A stretch of DNA of 64,000 nt from an uncultured Phaeobacter sp. (GTDB lineage: Bacteria > Pseudomonadota > Alphaproteobacteria > Rhodobacterales > Rhodobacteraceae), in NCBI GenBank assembly GCA_964633145.1, contig CAZWFE010000001.1, positions 73,690 to 137,689 on the forward strand. Reading direction: 5' to 3'. This document shows positions 61,947-64,000 of the stretch, one piece after another; the first letter of the stretch is position 1; each line of letters begins with the position of its first letter. The notes under the pieces are model-generated. The model made no database searches. It was not told where the DNA came from and worked only from the letters and a program-made list of their open reading frames with translations. Position numbers and translations under genes: made by a program.

Positions 61947-63314
61947 ATGAAAAACGATCTATTGGAGCAATGGGATCGCGAAAACTTTTTCCACCCTTCG
62001 ACACATTTGGCCGAATTCGCGCGTGGCAATGTCCCGCAGCGTGTCGTGACCGGCGGCAAGGGCTGTTACATTGAGGACCGCGATGGCAATCGTTTGCTGG
62101 ATGCCTTTGCCGGCCTGTATTGTGTCAACATCGGGTATGGCCAAACCGAAGTGGCCGAGGCAATCGCCGCACAAGCCAGCGAGTTGGCGTATTACCATTC
62201 CTATGTCGGCCATGGGACCGAGGCATCAATCACCCTGTCGAAAATGATTTTGGATCGCGCCCCCGATCATATGAGCAAGGTGTATTTCGGCCTGTCCGGA
62301 TCAGATGCCAACGAAACCAACATTAAACTGGTGTGGTATTACAACAATATCCTTGGTCGCCCCGAGAAAAAGAAAATCATCAGCCGTTGGCGCGGGTATC
62401 ACGGATCGGGTCTGATGACAGGATCGTTGACAGGTTTGGAATTGTTCCACAAAAAATTCGACCTGCCCCTGACCCAAGTGATCCATACCGAGGCACCCTA
62501 TTATTTCCGTCGCCCCGATTTGAACATGTCCGAGGCTGATTTTGTCGCCCATTGCGTGGCCGAGCTTGAGGCATTGATCGAACGCGAAGGCGCGGACACC
62601 ATCGCCGCATTTATTGGTGAACCCGTTTTGGGAACCGGCGGTATTGTGCCTCCCCCCGCAGGATATTGGGCAGCGATCCAGCCGATTTTGGAAAAACACG
62701 ACATTTTGCTGATCGCGGATGAGGTCGTCACTGGCTTTGGCCGTTTGGGCACCATGTTCGGGTCCGAACACTATGGGTTGAAACCCGATCTGATCACCAT
62801 TGCCAAGGGTCTGACATCTGCCTATGCGCCGCTGTCTGGGTCCATCGTGTCTGACAAAATGTGGAAAGTGTTGGAGCACGGCACCGACGAAAATGGCCCT
62901 ATCGGCCACGGCTGGACATATTCGGCGCACCCCATTGGGGCCGCGGCGGGGGTTGCCAACCTGAAACTGATCGATGATCTGAAATTGGTGGAAAACGCCG
63001 GTACCGTTGGTAAATACCTAAACGACACCATGCGCGCCGCATTGGCCGATCATCCCAATGTCGGTGATGTCCGCGGCGAAGGTATGTTGTGCGCGGTTGA
63101 AATGGTATCAGACCGTGACACGCGCACATTCTTTGACCCATCGCAGAAAGTCGGCCCAAGCATTGCCGCCAAGCTGCTGGATCAGGGAATCATCGCGCGG
63201 GCCATGCCGCAGGGCGATATTTTGGGCTATGCACCGCCATTCTGTTTGACGCATGCGCAGGCGGATGAAGTTGTCGAAAAAACGGTTGTGGCGATAAATG
63301 CCGCTTTAGCGTGA
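61947..63314 (+). CDS. class III (omega) aminotransferase, SpuC / beta-alanine-pyruvate transaminase-like
   Basis: The ATG at 61947 follows AAAGGAG. Motifs are GLYCVNIGYG, SGSDANE, LLIADEVVTGFGRLG and ITIAKGLTSAYAPL (the PLP lysine). Confidence 0.88.
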   Translation: MKNDLLEQWDRENFFHPSTHLAEFARGNVPQRVVTGGKGCYIEDRDGNRLLDAFAGLYCVNIGYGQTEVAEAIAAQASELAYYHSYVGHGTEASITLSKMILDRAPDHMSKVYFGLSGSDANETNIKLVWYYNNILGRPEKKKIISRWRGYHGSGLMTGSLTGLELFHKKFDLPLTQVIHTEAPYYFRRPDLNMSEADFVAHCVAELEALIEREGADTIAAFIGEPVLGTGGIVPPPAGYWAAIQPILEKHDILLIADEVVTGFGRLGTMFGSEHYGLKPDLITIAKGLTSAYAPLSGSIVSDKMWKVLEHGTDENGPIGHGWTYSAHPIGAAAGVANLKLIDDLKLVENAGTVGKYLNDTMRAALADHPNVGDVRGEGMLCAVEMVSDRDTRTFFDPSQKVGPSIAAKLLDQGIIARAMPQGDILGYAPPFCLTHAQADEVVEKTVVAINAALA

Positions 63315-63512
63315 ATTCGGACAACCCAATTTGCCTGAATTGCAAGGTCTAGGCCGCGCAGTTTGTTCAAATTGTGCGCAAAATAAATGCAATGCGCCTT
63401 TTTATGGGGGCGTGTTGCAAAATTAAACAAAAATGCCGCAATCTGGTTGATATCTACTGGGATAGTGTGCTTACATTGCGGAACAGGGATAAAAAACACG
63501 GGGAGCCATAGA

Positions 63513-64000
63513 TTGGCACTAGATAATTCCAAGGACGCATTTGTTCAATTTAGTCGCGTCCAGAAAAGCTACGACGGCGAAACGCTGGTCGTAAAAGATT
63601 TGAACCTTGATATTCCAAAAGGCGAGTTTCTGACCATGTTGGGCCCATCTGGGTCGGGCAAGACAACTTGTTTGATGATGTTGGCGGGTTTTGAAACCGC
63701 AACGCATGGCGATATCATGCTGGACGGGGTGTCGATCAACAATATTCCACCCCACAAACGCGGCATTGGTATGGTGTTCCAAAACTACGCGTTGTTCCCG
63801 CATATGACGATCGCAGAAAACCTATCCTTTCCGCTTGAGGTCCGCAAAATGGGCAAATCCGAGCGCGAAGAAAAGGTCAAGCGCGCGTTGGATATGGTTG
63901 AAATGGGTGCCTTTGGCGGGCGTCGTCCGGCGCAGTTGTCAGGTGGCCAGCAACAGCGTGTTGCTTTGGCGCGGGCATTGGTGTTCGAACCTGAATTGGT
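63513..64000 (+). CDS. ABC transporter ATP-binding protein (PotA/MalK-like), 5' part; continues past window end
   Basis: This open frame is not in the track because there is no stop in the window. The TTG at 63513 lies 7 nt after GGGAG. My translation reads ALDNSKDAFVQFSRVQKSYDGETLVVKDLNLDIPKGEFLTMLGPSGSGKTT (Walker A) ... LSGGQQQRVALARAL (ABC signature). Confidence 0.85.
   Translation, partial: MALDNSKDAFVQFSRVQKSYDGETLVVKDLNLDIPKGEFLTMLGPSGSGKTTCLMMLAGFETATHGDIMLDGVSINNIPPHKRGIGMVFQNYALFPHMTIAENLSFPLEVRKMGKSEREEKVKRALDMVEMGAFGGRRPAQLSGGQQQRVALARALVFEPEL

Noticed and set aside
1-64000. Searched by eye for mobile elements, prophage or integrase remnants, toxin-antitoxin pairs, restriction-modification or other defence genes, CRISPR repeats, and tRNA or rRNA genes.
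   Set aside because: None were found. The only compositional islets are the AT-rich spacer at 9440-9570, the DUF2975/HTH module and the leuD-leuB insert. None has flanking direct repeats or recombinase genes.

Overview
Gene-dense chromosomal window, roughly 90% coding, with about 60 protein genes. Many are joined by 1-4 nt overlaps. By gene content and synteny it looks like core genome of a marine Rhodobacterales-type alphaproteobacterium; this is inference only, since no search was possible. Supporting gene strings are gpmI-envC-ctpA-rppH, rlmH-rsfS, serA-serC/serB, leuCD..leuB, panCB, pncAB and an FMN riboswitch in front of ribH. I found no rRNA or tRNA genes, CRISPR arrays, transposases, integrases, phage genes or recognisable defence genes. 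I do not see a convincing novel multi-gene system, and most of the window is ordinary housekeeping. Six things deserve a second look. (1) An unannotated structured RNA or translated-leader element with an intrinsic terminator lies directly upstream of the ribosome-rescue gene arfB (37.12-37.39 kb). (2) A hybrid sensor kinase is split by a single-base frameshift in its ATPase G1 box (about 30.42 kb). (3) Two tandem paralogous dihaem cytochromes c, separated by a terminator, lie upstream of a sulfide dehydrogenase flavoprotein gene (6.5-9.4 kb). (4) An ectoine-hydrolase-like M24 / ArgE-like M20 / GntR / transaminase / ABC locus has palindromic operator candidates (58.8-64 kb). (5) A tightly coupled GST-hydratase-acyl-CoA dehydrogenase-CoA transferase operon occupies 38.3-42.1 kb. 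(6) Four convergent gene pairs share overlapping stop codons on 4-nt stop-containing tetramers (three of them palindromic). All functional calls come from reading motifs in the translated ORFs. No database search, alignment statistic or RNA folding was run.
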